From: an uncultured Gammaproteobacteria bacterium
GTDB lineage: Bacteria > Pseudomonadota > Gammaproteobacteria > Arenicellales > JAANXG01
DNA length: 64,000 nt
Direction of reading: 5' to 3'
Assembly: GCA_947258785.1 (NCBI GenBank)
Contig: CAMYJT010000014.1
Location: forward strand, 6,546 to 70,545
Shown here: positions 27,455 through 36,508 of the stretch, piece by piece
How the letters are laid out: the number at the start of each line of letters is the position of its first letter
How positions within the stretch are numbered: the first letter of the stretch is position 1
Translations under genes and position numbers: made by a program
Notes under the pieces: model-generated
Told to the model about the DNA's origin: nothing
Databases searched by the model: none
What the model saw: only the letters and a program-made list of their open reading frames with translations

Positions 27455-27521
27455 CCCGCATGTCTCACCAGGATTCCACATCCGGCCGCGCAATGTCTTC
27501 GCCATGGTCCGGGATCCCTGG
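27451..27521 (-). repeat. dispersed-motif copy D (inverted doublet)
   Basis: TTAGCCCGCATGTCTCACCAGG (27451-27472) is the reverse complement of the motif (16/19 to copy A). A degenerate plus-oriented arm CCGGGATCCCTGGGACAATACATAG starts at 27509. The TAG is the S9 peptidase stop codon. Confidence 0.6.
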
Positions 27522-27554
27522 GACAATACATAGACTGGAAGTTGGAGCGCCGAA

Positions 27555-28994
27555 GTGGGAGACGAAATAGACCGGGCCGAATTTTCCCTGACCGATTTTG
27601 AATGGTTTCAAGAGGCCCTGCTGCGCGAGACCAACGAGCTGAAGGCCTGGTTCCGTGACCATCGATTCGACAACGCTCCACCTGCTGTGGGTTACGAATT
27701 AGAGGCGTGGCTGATCGACGACGAGCTGCAGCCGGCCCCGATCAACGAGGAGTTTCTGACCCGCCTGGATAATCCAATGGTGGTCCCGGAACTGGCACGA
27801 TTCAATGTGGAATTGAACGCGCCATGGGAGTTCGTTCAGGACGATTTTCTGGAACGCCTGCGGTCATTCCTCGAGGACACCTGGGCGCATTGCACGCGAG
27901 TGGCGGCGGAAATGGACGCGAGCATGGTGGCAATCGGCATCTTACCCACCGTAGTTCCGCAGCACTTGGCCATGCAAAATATGTCGGGACTGCAACGCTA
28001 TCGGGCGTTGAATGAACAAATTCTGCGTCTCCGCCACGGTGCCCCCATGCAGCTCGAGCTCGACGGCAGTGAGCGCATCCGCATCTCCCAGGACAACGTC
28101 ATGCTGGAGGCGGCGGCAACGTCGTTCCAGCTGCATCTGCAGGTGCCGGAGCTGGACGCGGCACGGGTATTCAACGCGGCACAAATCGCATCCGGCCCCA
28201 TGGTTGCGGCGACGTCCAACTCGCCCTTTCTGTTTGGAAAGGAGCTGTGGTCGGAAACGCGTATCCCCTTGTTCGAGCAGGCCGTTAACGTACGTGACGA
28301 CACCTTTCAGCGCTATCGCATACCGCCTAGGGTTTCGTTCGGTGACGGCTACGTCAAGACCTCGCTGTTGGAGTTGTTCTTGGACAATCTCGAACAACAC
28401 CCGGTGCTGCTGCCGAGCCGATTGTCCGGTGATCTCGAGCAACTGGCGCACCTGCGTCTACACAACGGAACGATATGGCGTTGGAACCGTCCGCTGATCG
28501 GTTTCAACGAGGCGGACCGGCCGCATCTGCGAATAGAACACCGCGTGGTGCCGGCGGGGCCCAGTCTGGTGGATCTGGTGGCGAATCTCGCTCTATTCGT
28601 GGGCGTCGCCCGGGGGCTCGCCACGTCGGAGATCGATTTCGAGTCGAAACTGCCGTTTGTGAAAGCGCGGGAAAACTTTTACCAGGCTGCCCGCCGTGGC
28701 TTGTCTGCGGAAATTTCATGGTTTGACGGGGTGCAGATCGCCGCCGATGTGCTGATCTTGAAACACTTCATTCCCCTCGCCGAGCATCAGTTGAGTTTGC
28801 TGGGCGCGGACCGGGATCAAGTCCGTTATTATCTCGACGTGATCAAACGCCGGGTGGGCGCGCGACGCACCGGCAGCGACTGGCAGCGCGCATTTGTCGC
28901 CGACCACGGACCGGACATGGCCGCGTTGCTGGCGCAGTACTGTGAAAATCAACAATCCGGGTTGCCTGTTTGTGATTGGGAGACGCGATGTTAA
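27555..28994 (+). CDS. glutamate--cysteine ligase-like carboxylate-amine ligase (GCS2 superfamily), 479 aa
   Basis: VGYELEAWLID (GxExE) near the N-terminus and the overall pattern resemble GCS2/YbdK-type ligases. Longer than YbdK. Recalled, not searched. Confidence 0.6.
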   Translation: MGDEIDRAEFSLTDFEWFQEALLRETNELKAWFRDHRFDNAPPAVGYELEAWLIDDELQPAPINEEFLTRLDNPMVVPELARFNVELNAPWEFVQDDFLERLRSFLEDTWAHCTRVAAEMDASMVAIGILPTVVPQHLAMQNMSGLQRYRALNEQILRLRHGAPMQLELDGSERIRISQDNVMLEAAATSFQLHLQVPELDAARVFNAAQIASGPMVAATSNSPFLFGKELWSETRIPLFEQAVNVRDDTFQRYRIPPRVSFGDGYVKTSLLELFLDNLEQHPVLLPSRLSGDLEQLAHLRLHNGTIWRWNRPLIGFNEADRPHLRIEHRVVPAGPSLVDLVANLALFVGVARGLATSEIDFESKLPFVKARENFYQAARRGLSAEISWFDGVQIAADVLILKHFIPLAEHQLSLLGADRDQVRYYLDVIKRRVGARRTGSDWQRAFVADHGPDMAALLAQYCENQQSGLPVCDWETRC

Positions 28995-30004
28995 GGATCT
29001 ATGAGGAATTGCCGGAGGGACTACTGCAAGCGCATCCGGCGGGATTGAAATCCCTGCTGCAGGGGCCGGCGTTGATTCACCTGCCCGGTGAACAGCGGCG
29101 GCCGGTGTTCGTCTCCATCCTGCTGCATGGTAACGAAACGACCGGGCTCTCGGCGATTCAGACTCTGCTGTCACGCTATCGGGATCGGCCGCTGCCCAGA
29201 GCCCTGTCGGTGTTGATCGGCAATGTGGAGGCGGCAAGGGTAGGGCGACGGTTGCTTCCCGGGCAGCGGGATTATAATCGTATCTGGATATCCGGGCATG
29301 GCGCTGAGCAGCAAATGGCGCAGCAGGTGTTGTCGGCAATGCGTGCGCGCGGCCTTTTCGCTAGCATCGATATCCACAACAACACCGGACGGAACCCCTA
29401 TTACGCAATCATCGCAGAGGCCGATCATCGGCATCTGCGGTGCGCGGCGTTGTTTTCCGACACGGTGGTCTTTGCGACCTATCCGGACACCACCTGCACC
29501 GTCGCGTTTTCCCGACTGTGCCCCGCCGTCACGTTAGAGGCCGGCTTGCCCGGTGAACCGGAAGGTTTAAGGCAGACGGTGGCGTTCCTGGAGGCCTGTA
29601 TGCGGCTGAAGGACTTCGATATTCCGGTGAGCAACTCGCTGAACCTGTTCCACACGGTTGCCGTGGTGAAGGTGCGGCCGGACTGTTCTTATGGATTTAC
29701 CGGTGAAGACGTCGATCTCCAGCTCGTCGATGATATTGACCAGTTCAATTTTCGTGAATTGCATCCCGGTTCCAGTCTCGGCAAGGTTCGGCGCCACGAT
29801 CCACCTTGTCTGCACGTCTTGCACATCAGTGAACGGGAGGCATACGCGGACTATTTCTATGTCGATCAGGGTGAGCTGAAGATTGCGCGCCCGGTCATGC
29901 CGGCGATGTTGACCACGAATCGAGATATCATTACTTTGGACTGTCTGTGCTATTTAATGGAGCGTCTGCCGATCTCCTCACTGCATGCGGAGTTGGCGCG
30001 GTAA
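28988..30004 (+). CDS. succinylglutamate desuccinylase/aspartoacylase (AstE/AspA, M14-like) family protein
   Basis: RPVFVSILLHGNETTG is a zinc-ligand H..E context typical of AstE/AspA. ATG 28988 overlaps the upstream stop by 7 nt. Confidence 0.7.
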   Translation: MLRIYEELPEGLLQAHPAGLKSLLQGPALIHLPGEQRRPVFVSILLHGNETTGLSAIQTLLSRYRDRPLPRALSVLIGNVEAARVGRRLLPGQRDYNRIWISGHGAEQQMAQQVLSAMRARGLFASIDIHNNTGRNPYYAIIAEADHRHLRCAALFSDTVVFATYPDTTCTVAFSRLCPAVTLEAGLPGEPEGLRQTVAFLEACMRLKDFDIPVSNSLNLFHTVAVVKVRPDCSYGFTGEDVDLQLVDDIDQFNFRELHPGSSLGKVRRHDPPCLHVLHISEREAYADYFYVDQGELKIARPVMPAMLTTNRDIITLDCLCYLMERLPISSLHAELAR

Positions 30005-30007
30005 CGC

Positions 30008-30646
30008 ATGAACAATACCGAGCGCGACAGAACACTTGCGTTGGCTGGGGTGTTCCAAGCGGCCAAGCTCGCCCAGCAACTCGCCCGGAGCGGCCATGCC
30101 GACGACCACGCTCTGCAGACCAGCGTTCGAAGCATAGTCATCACCGACTCCATCAACACCATCTCGGTGTACGGCGGTCTCAACGGCTTGACCGTGGGAC
30201 TGACGATCCTGCATAAAAAAGTGGCGACTGCGGTCGGCAAGACCGCGGACGTGGAGATTGCCCGCTACGTGCTGAGTCTGATTCAGCTAGCCCGGCAGCT
30301 CAAATCCAACGACGACCTGGCGCGGACCATCGCCCAGCGCATAGACGATATCAAACGGGAGTTTTCGAGTCATTACAGCGAGTTGGACAACGAAGGCGTC
30401 TATGCCCAGTTGGCGCAACTGTACAAGGACACCCTGAGCACACTGCGTCCGAAGATCATCGTGCAGGGTGAGCACGGCCACCTGGCCGATGCAGTCATCG
30501 TCGATAAAGTCAGAACGGTGCTGCTGGCGGGGGTGCGCTCCGCGGTTCTGTGGAGACAATTGGGCGGCAGCCGCTGGCAATTGATTTTCAAACGCCGTGC
30601 GCTGTTGGCGAACGCCGCCGAACTCATGGACGAGCTGGACGTGTGA
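30008..30646 (+). CDS. hflD: high-frequency-of-lysogenization protein HflD
   Basis: RDRTLALAGVFQAAKLAQQLARSGHADDHALQTSVRSI closely parallels the E. coli HflD N-terminus. Confidence 0.8.
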   Translation: MNNTERDRTLALAGVFQAAKLAQQLARSGHADDHALQTSVRSIVITDSINTISVYGGLNGLTVGLTILHKKVATAVGKTADVEIARYVLSLIQLARQLKSNDDLARTIAQRIDDIKREFSSHYSELDNEGVYAQLAQLYKDTLSTLRPKIIVQGEHGHLADAVIVDKVRTVLLAGVRSAVLWRQLGGSRWQLIFKRRALLANAAELMDELDV

Positions 30647-31135
30647 TCAGACGTGTTGGACCGGACCGGGCGGTGTCACGGCCGGTGCCGTGTGGCCCAG
30701 GCCCGCGCTGTCGCTGGCCACCGCGGCGGACAGGGTTTTGATCTTTTCGACCATGGCGTAAACGCCGACGTGCCGGGTCGGACTCAAATGGTCGTAGAGA
30801 CCCAAACGGTCGAACACCTGGTCGGCGTCGATGGCCGCGATCTGTGACGCTGTGTGACCCGAATACAAAGCAATCAGTAACGCCGCCAGCCCCTTGACAA
30901 CGGCGTTGTCGCTGTCGCCGTGCAGAACCAGCCGCGAGCGGTCCTGCTCATCCGGTGTCACGGTGAACCACACCTTACTCATGCACCCGTGGACGCGGTT
31001 ATCGTGGGTCCGGTGACGGTCCGCCAAGGCAGGCAGCCCCGCGCCGAGTTCGACGATGAACTGGTAACGGTCCTCCCATTCGGTCAGGACCTCGAAAGTC
31101 TCTTGGACGGCGTCGATCGTGAGCGGTGGCGGCAT
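30647..31135 (-). CDS. sufE: SufE-family sulfur acceptor protein
   Basis: WEDRYQFIVELGAGLP...RVHGCMSKVWF carries the conserved Cys in the SufE motif. About 25 aa of extra C-terminal tail. Confidence 0.8.
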   Translation of the reverse strand: MPPPLTIDAVQETFEVLTEWEDRYQFIVELGAGLPALADRHRTHDNRVHGCMSKVWFTVTPDEQDRSRLVLHGDSDNAVVKGLAALLIALYSGHTASQIAAIDADQVFDRLGLYDHLSPTRHVGVYAMVEKIKTLSAAVASDSAGLGHTAPAVTPPGPVQHV

Positions 31136-31141
31136 TGCGCT

Positions 31142-31170
31142 AAGATAGAAAATCCTAGTAATTTAGTCAA
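31142..31170 (-). promoter_or_regulatory. near-consensus sigma-70 promoter abutting the sufE start codon
   Basis: On the minus strand: TTGACT (31170-31165), a 17-nt spacer, TATCTT (31147-31142), then 6 nt and ATG (31135). Confidence 0.45.
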
Positions 31171-31327
31171 GAATAACGGTACACCGGCTCGGCCCCTGCG
31201 GCGCCGGGGTGAGGGTGAAAACTCCGACCGAGCTGCCGGGCTAGGCGATTGCAGACGCACAAACTGTACGAATCAACTAAGACCGAATCATTGAACACAA
31301 TCAAGTTGATACACCATTATTTCGCCG

Positions 31328-31350
31328 CCTTGGTGCAATATGCAGGCTAG
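31328..31350 (+). repeat. dispersed-motif copy B
   Basis: CCTTGGTGCAATATGCAGGCTAG matches copy A at 21 of 23 positions. It lies in the sufE/tetR divergent intergenic region. Confidence 0.65.
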
Positions 31351-31401
31351 ACACCAGTGGCGTTGCGAATTATGATTCAAACGAACGTATGTATTAAAAG
31401 C

Positions 31402-32082
31402 ATGACCGCTAACCAGGGCACTAAGCAACGGATACTGGACACAGCCGAACGGCTGTTTGCCGACCAGGGATTCGGCAACACCTCCTTGCGCTGTCTGACC
31501 TCGCAGGCCGCGGTCAACCTCGCCGCTGTGAACTACCATTTTGGGTCAAAAGACGCCCTCATTGAGGCGGTCATCGCGCGGCGCCTGGTGCCCATGAACG
31601 GGGAACGACTGCGCCGGCTGCGCGCCCTCCAGGGCCGCCATCGCGGCCACCCGGTTCCGCTGGAGTCGTTGGTCGCGGCGTTTATCGGCCCGGCCCTGGA
31701 GTTGAGTCAGGACACCTCCCGTGCGGGGTCGCAGTTCATCAGGCTGCTGGGGCGCGGGTTTGTCGAGTCGCCGCCGCAGTTGCAGGACCGCCTGCGGCCG
31801 ATGTACCGGGAGGTCATCGACCATTTCAAGCGGGCCTTCGCCGCAGTGTTACCGGAGCTGAGTGCGGAGGAACTGTATTGGCGTTTACACTTCTTAGTGG
31901 GCACATTGGCGTACTGCATGTCCGGTGCCGACATGATGCGGGTGGTCGCGTCGTCCGGAATGTCGGCACCCCTGGACATCGAAGTCGTGACGCAACGTCT
32001 GACGGTGTTTCTGACCGCGGGACTGCGTGCCCGAGAGCCCGTCGCGGAGGCGAATGGGTTTAAACGGACCGCCCGGGCCTGA
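31402..32082 (+). CDS. TetR/AcrR-family transcriptional regulator
   Basis: HTH region RILDTAERLFADQGFGNTSLRCLTSQAAVNLAAVNYHFGSKDAL. Confidence 0.8.
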   Translation: MTANQGTKQRILDTAERLFADQGFGNTSLRCLTSQAAVNLAAVNYHFGSKDALIEAVIARRLVPMNGERLRRLRALQGRHRGHPVPLESLVAAFIGPALELSQDTSRAGSQFIRLLGRGFVESPPQLQDRLRPMYREVIDHFKRAFAAVLPELSAEELYWRLHFLVGTLAYCMSGADMMRVVASSGMSAPLDIEVVTQRLTVFLTAGLRAREPVAEANGFKRTARA

Positions 32083-32137
32083 TAGGACAATGGCCGCCGG
32101 ATTCTGCACGGGCTGGTTTTTTATCACCTGAAGGGGG

Positions 32138-34588
32138 TTGATTATGGGCTTGATTTTCACGGTGGTGATTATCGTAGCGGTGCTGGTGGCGATCGCCCGG
32201 TGGCGGGCGTCGCTGCAGACGTGGAGCGTGGTGATCGGTGTCGGTCTCTTGTTGTGGACGGTGTTCGGCGGGTTCTCCGCGGCCGTCGGTGTGTTGTTGT
32301 GGGCGGTATTCCTGGGCGCCGTCTTGGTGCTCAATGTGCCCGGCTGGAGGCGCCGGCTCCTCAGCGATCCGATGTTGACATACATCCGGCGGACCTTGCC
32401 GCCCATCTCCGATACGGAACGTGAAGCGATCGAGGCCGGATCGGTGTGGTGGGACGCTGAGTTGTTTTCGGGCAACCCGGACTGGCAGCGGTTGATCAAC
32501 TTTCCCGATCCGCGCCTGAGCGATGCGGAGCAGGCGTTTCTCGACGGGCCGGTGGACGAACTGTGCCACATGCTCGACGACTGGCAGATCACCCACGAGT
32601 TGAACGACCTGCCCACGAATGTCTGGGAGTTCCTCGCTGAACATCGCTTCTACGGATTGAACATCCCGGCCAAGTACGGCGGCCACGAGTTCTCACCGCT
32701 GGCGAACTCCGAAATCGTCATGAAAGTGTCCAGCCGCAGCGGGACCGCCGGGGTCACGGTCATGGTGCCGAATTCTCTGGGCCCCGCTGAGTTGCTGCTG
32801 CACTACGGCACCGAGGAACAGAAAGACTACTACCTCCCCAGACTGGCCGATGGACGGGAGATTCCGTGTTTCGCACTGACCAACCCGGAGGCGGGTTCCG
32901 ACGCCGGTGCGATCCCGGACTACGGTATCGTATGCACGGGCGATTACCAGGGCCAAGAGGTTCTGGGTCTGCGGGTCACGTGGGAAAAGCGTTACATCAC
33001 ACTGGGCCCCGTTGCGACCCTGCTTGGCTTGGCGTTCAAGGCCTACGATCCTGACCGGCTACTCGGTGACGAGCCGGATTTAGGAATGACCTGTGCTCTG
33101 GTCCCCGCCGGCACCCCGGGTGTCGTCATCGGTGACCGGCATTATCCACTGAACGCCGCGTTTCAAAACGGGCCCACGTCCGGGCGTGACGTTTTCATTC
33201 CGATGGAATGGGTTATCGGCGGCCAGGCGTGGGTGGGCAAAGGTTGGCGCATGCTGATGGAATCGCTGGCCGCGGGACGGGGGATCTCCCTGCCGGCCTC
33301 GGGCACCGCGGCCGCCAAGGTGGCGGCCCGCACCACCGGGGCGTACGCCCGGATCCGTGAGCAATTCAACCTCCCCATCGGCAAGTTCGAAGGGGTGGAG
33401 GAAGCTCTGGCGAGGATCGGCGGCATGACTTATATGATGGATGCCGCGCGCCTGTTGACGACGGCGGGCCTGGTCCTGGGAGAAAAGCCCTCGGTCATCT
33501 CCGCAATCGTCAAATACCATCTGACTGAGGGGGCCCGCCAGATCATGAACGATGCGATGGACGTGCACGGCGGGCGCGGTATTTGCCTGGGACCGGCAAA
33601 TTATCTCGCCCGCGGCTATCAACAGATTCCCATCGCCATTACGGTGGAAGGCGCGAACATATTGACGCGGAGCATGATCATCTTCGGCCAGGGGGCGATG
33701 CGTTGCCACCCGTACCTGTTGAAGGAGATCACAGCGGCGGCGGACGACAGCCCCAGCGGTCGCGAGACCTTTGACGAGGCTCTGCTCAATCATCTCGGGT
33801 TTACCGTCACCAACGCCGCTCGATCCTTCGTATACGGTTTATCGCGGTGGTTCGCACCCTCACCGGCGACCGGATCGATGGCCAGATACTATAGAGAGTT
33901 TTCACGTTTCAGCGCCGCTTTCGCATTCCTTGCCGATGCGACCCTGTTGATTCTGGGCGGCGCATTGAAACGCAAGGAGACCCTGTCCGGACGCTTTGCA
34001 GACGCCTTGAGTCATCTGTTCATCGGCTCTGCCGTGCTCAAACGTTTTACAGCCAGCGGTCGGCCGAACGCGGACGTGCCGTTCGTCGAGTGGGCGTGTG
34101 AATACTCCTTGTTCCAGATCCAGCAGGCGTTGGACGGGGTGCTGCGCAACTTTCCGCAGCCGATCCTCGGTTGGGTACTGCGGGGGTTGGTGTTCCCGCT
34201 CGGCCGCCGCCGCCACATGCCGGGCGATGCACTGACCCATCGGGTTGCCGTCTTGTTGCAGTCGCCGTCCGAGGCGCGGGATCGGCTCACCGCGGGGATT
34301 TTCCTGCCGGACGACCCCGTTGACGTCATCGGCTGCCTCGAGCATGGCCTGCAAAAGGTCCTGGCGGCGGAGCCGGCCAAACGAAAACTGCGTGAGACCC
34401 GGCTTATACCGCCGCCACAGCTGTCTTTCGTGGACTGGCTTGACCAGTTGGTTGCCGATGGTCATCTCCAGCGCGACGAGGCGGATACCTTGCTCGAAGC
34501 GCGCCGCGCCGCCGAGACCGTGATCAGAGTCGACGATTTTGCGCCGGGTGAGCAACAGATTTCGGTCTCCACCGAACGCGCAGCCTAG
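32138..34588 (+). CDS. fadE: acyl-CoA dehydrogenase FadE (large, membrane-associated type)
   Basis: 816 aa. N-terminal hydrophobic segments are followed by ISDTEREAIEAGSVWWDAELF, as in E. coli FadE, then an ACAD core. Confidence 0.9.
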   Translation: MIMGLIFTVVIIVAVLVAIARWRASLQTWSVVIGVGLLLWTVFGGFSAAVGVLLWAVFLGAVLVLNVPGWRRRLLSDPMLTYIRRTLPPISDTEREAIEAGSVWWDAELFSGNPDWQRLINFPDPRLSDAEQAFLDGPVDELCHMLDDWQITHELNDLPTNVWEFLAEHRFYGLNIPAKYGGHEFSPLANSEIVMKVSSRSGTAGVTVMVPNSLGPAELLLHYGTEEQKDYYLPRLADGREIPCFALTNPEAGSDAGAIPDYGIVCTGDYQGQEVLGLRVTWEKRYITLGPVATLLGLAFKAYDPDRLLGDEPDLGMTCALVPAGTPGVVIGDRHYPLNAAFQNGPTSGRDVFIPMEWVIGGQAWVGKGWRMLMESLAAGRGISLPASGTAAAKVAARTTGAYARIREQFNLPIGKFEGVEEALARIGGMTYMMDAARLLTTAGLVLGEKPSVISAIVKYHLTEGARQIMNDAMDVHGGRGICLGPANYLARGYQQIPIAITVEGANILTRSMIIFGQGAMRCHPYLLKEITAAADDSPSGRETFDEALLNHLGFTVTNAARSFVYGLSRWFAPSPATGSMARYYREFSRFSAAFAFLADATLLILGGALKRKETLSGRFADALSHLFIGSAVLKRFTASGRPNADVPFVEWACEYSLFQIQQALDGVLRNFPQPILGWVLRGLVFPLGRRRHMPGDALTHRVAVLLQSPSEARDRLTAGIFLPDDPVDVIGCLEHGLQKVLAAEPAKRKLRETRLIPPPQLSFVDWLDQLVADGHLQRDEADTLLEARRAAETVIRVDDFAPGEQQISVSTERAA

Positions 34589-34594
34589 CCCGAC

Positions 34595-36508
34595 GTGGAC
34601 GAAGGGCGCTTTGTGACCGAGAAGTCGGCAACGGTCTACCCCGAGGACGCGCTGACGGGCCGTGATGATCTGGACGTCATCACCCCGGACGTGGCGCCAA
34701 CCTTGGACGCAATGTTTCGTGAACGGGTCCAGCGCAGCCCGGACAAAATCGCTTACACCGAATTCGACCCCGCCGCTCAACTCTGGTGCGACTACACCTG
34801 GAGCGACATCGACGCAGAGGTCCGTCGCTGGTGCGCGGCATTTCGGCGTCAAGGGCTCGAAAAGGGCGACCGGGTGGCGCTTCAGCTGCAGAACGGCCGG
34901 CATTGGGTAATCTTTGACCAGGCTGCGCTGAGCCTGGGATTGGTAGTGGTCCCCTTGTACGTGGCCGACCGGCCGGACAATGTCAATTACGTGCTCCATC
35001 ATTCCGATGTGCGACTCCTGCTGGTGGAGTCCCAACAGGCGTGGGAGGAACTGCAGCAGGCTGGGGGTGAGTTGCCGCACCTCGAGCGCGTGGTAACGCT
35101 GCACGAGGTTGACGACGATCAGCGGGGGCTGGTGGCGAGTGTCACAGATTGGGCCGGCCGGGAAGGCGACGACATCGAACCGGACAGCGCGCAACCGGAC
35201 GAGCTGGCAAGTATTGTCTACACCTCAGGTACGACGGGACGACCCAAAGGAGTGATGCTGTCGCACTGGAACATGCTTGCCAACGCCTATGGCGGGCTGC
35301 GCAGCGTGGCCATCACGCGGCAGGAATTGATGCTCTCGATATTACCATTGTCCCATACCCTGGAGCGTACCGTGGGCTATTATGTCCCGATGATGGCCGG
35401 CGCTCAGGTTGCCTACGCACGATCGATCTCTGATCTGGCCGAGGACCTGACGATCATCCGCCCCTCCGGCATTGTCAGTGTGCCGCGGATCTTCGAGCGG
35501 GCGCTCAGCCAGCTCAAGCAAGGCATCGCCGACGGTCCGATTTGGCAGCGATGGTTGTTCGATTGGGCGGTGGCAGTCGGTTGGGCCCGCTTCGAGTATC
35601 AGCAACAGCGCCGCCGCAGGCAGTGGTCGCTGGTATGGTTTCCGCTGCTGGACGCGCTGGTGGGCCGGAAAGTCAGGGCACAGTTCGGCGGCCGCATGAC
35701 GCTGGCCGTCGTCGGTGGGGCGCCAATGCCGGTGTCTGTCGCCCGCGCCTTCATCGCTCTTGGCGTGAACGTATTGCAGGGCTACGGCCTCACCGAGAGC
35801 AGTCCGAGCATCAGTATTAACACACTGAAGCGTAACCGACCGGAGACCATCGGATTGCCGTTACGGGGCGTCGAGGTCAGGATCGGCGATCGCGATGAAC
35901 TGTTGGCCCGCGGCCCGAACGTCATGATGGGTTATTGGAAAGATGTGGAGGCGACGCACCAGGCCCTGGATAAAGACGGTTGGCTGCACACCGGCGACCA
36001 GGCCGGCATCGACGACGGTTACCTCGTCATCACCGGCCGGATCAAAGAGATCCTGGTGCTGGCCAACGGTGAGAAGGTTCCACCCGCCGATATGGAATCG
36101 GCCATCGCGGAGGACCCGCTGTTCGAACAGTCGCTGGTGATCGGCGAACAAATGCCGTTTCTCACCGCCTTGGTGGTCCTGGACCGGCGGCTGTGGCGGG
36201 AACAAGCGGGTGAACTCGGAGTCGCCGGCGATGACCAATCGGTATTGGACAGTGAGCCGGTGCAAGAGCTGCTGCTGGAGCGTATCCAAAAACAAATCTA
36301 TGAGTTCCCAGGCTATGCGCGTATCCGCAAGGCCACGGCGCTGCTGACGCCATGGACGGTGGAGAACGGCTTGCTGACGCCGACTTTGAAGCTGCGGCGG
36401 GCCAAGATTCTGGAGTCCTTAGAGAAGGAAATCGCCGCCATGTATGCTGGGCACGCGGTGTACAAACAGACCGCCAGTCCCTCGACAGAGAAGCGAGAAA
36501 CACCGTGA
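34595..36508 (+). CDS. long-chain acyl-CoA synthetase (AMP-forming)
   Basis: AMP-binding signature IVYTSGTTGRPKGVMLSH and, later, GWLHTGD and GRIKE. Confidence 0.85.
   Translation: MDEGRFVTEKSATVYPEDALTGRDDLDVITPDVAPTLDAMFRERVQRSPDKIAYTEFDPAAQLWCDYTWSDIDAEVRRWCAAFRRQGLEKGDRVALQLQNGRHWVIFDQAALSLGLVVVPLYVADRPDNVNYVLHHSDVRLLLVESQQAWEELQQAGGELPHLERVVTLHEVDDDQRGLVASVTDWAGREGDDIEPDSAQPDELASIVYTSGTTGRPKGVMLSHWNMLANAYGGLRSVAITRQELMLSILPLSHTLERTVGYYVPMMAGAQVAYARSISDLAEDLTIIRPSGIVSVPRIFERALSQLKQGIADGPIWQRWLFDWAVAVGWARFEYQQQRRRRQWSLVWFPLLDALVGRKVRAQFGGRMTLAVVGGAPMPVSVARAFIALGVNVLQGYGLTESSPSISINTLKRNRPETIGLPLRGVEVRIGDRDELLARGPNVMMGYWKDVEATHQALDKDGWLHTGDQAGIDDGYLVITGRIKEILVLANGEKVPPADMESAIAEDPLFEQSLVIGEQMPFLTALVVLDRRLWREQAGELGVAGDDQSVLDSEPVQELLLERIQKQIYEFPGYARIRKATALLTPWTVENGLLTPTLKLRRAKILESLEKEIAAMYAGHAVYKQTASPSTEKRETP

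Noticed and set aside
31288-31539. 83-aa minus-strand ORF covering motif copy B and the tetR start
   Set aside because: It overlaps the TetR N-terminus in antisense and has no start context. The motif's minus-strand TAG is out of frame with it.
33902-35194. 430-aa minus-strand ORF across the fadE / acyl-CoA synthetase junction
   Set aside because: It is antisense to two genes with strong signatures and shows no motifs of its own.
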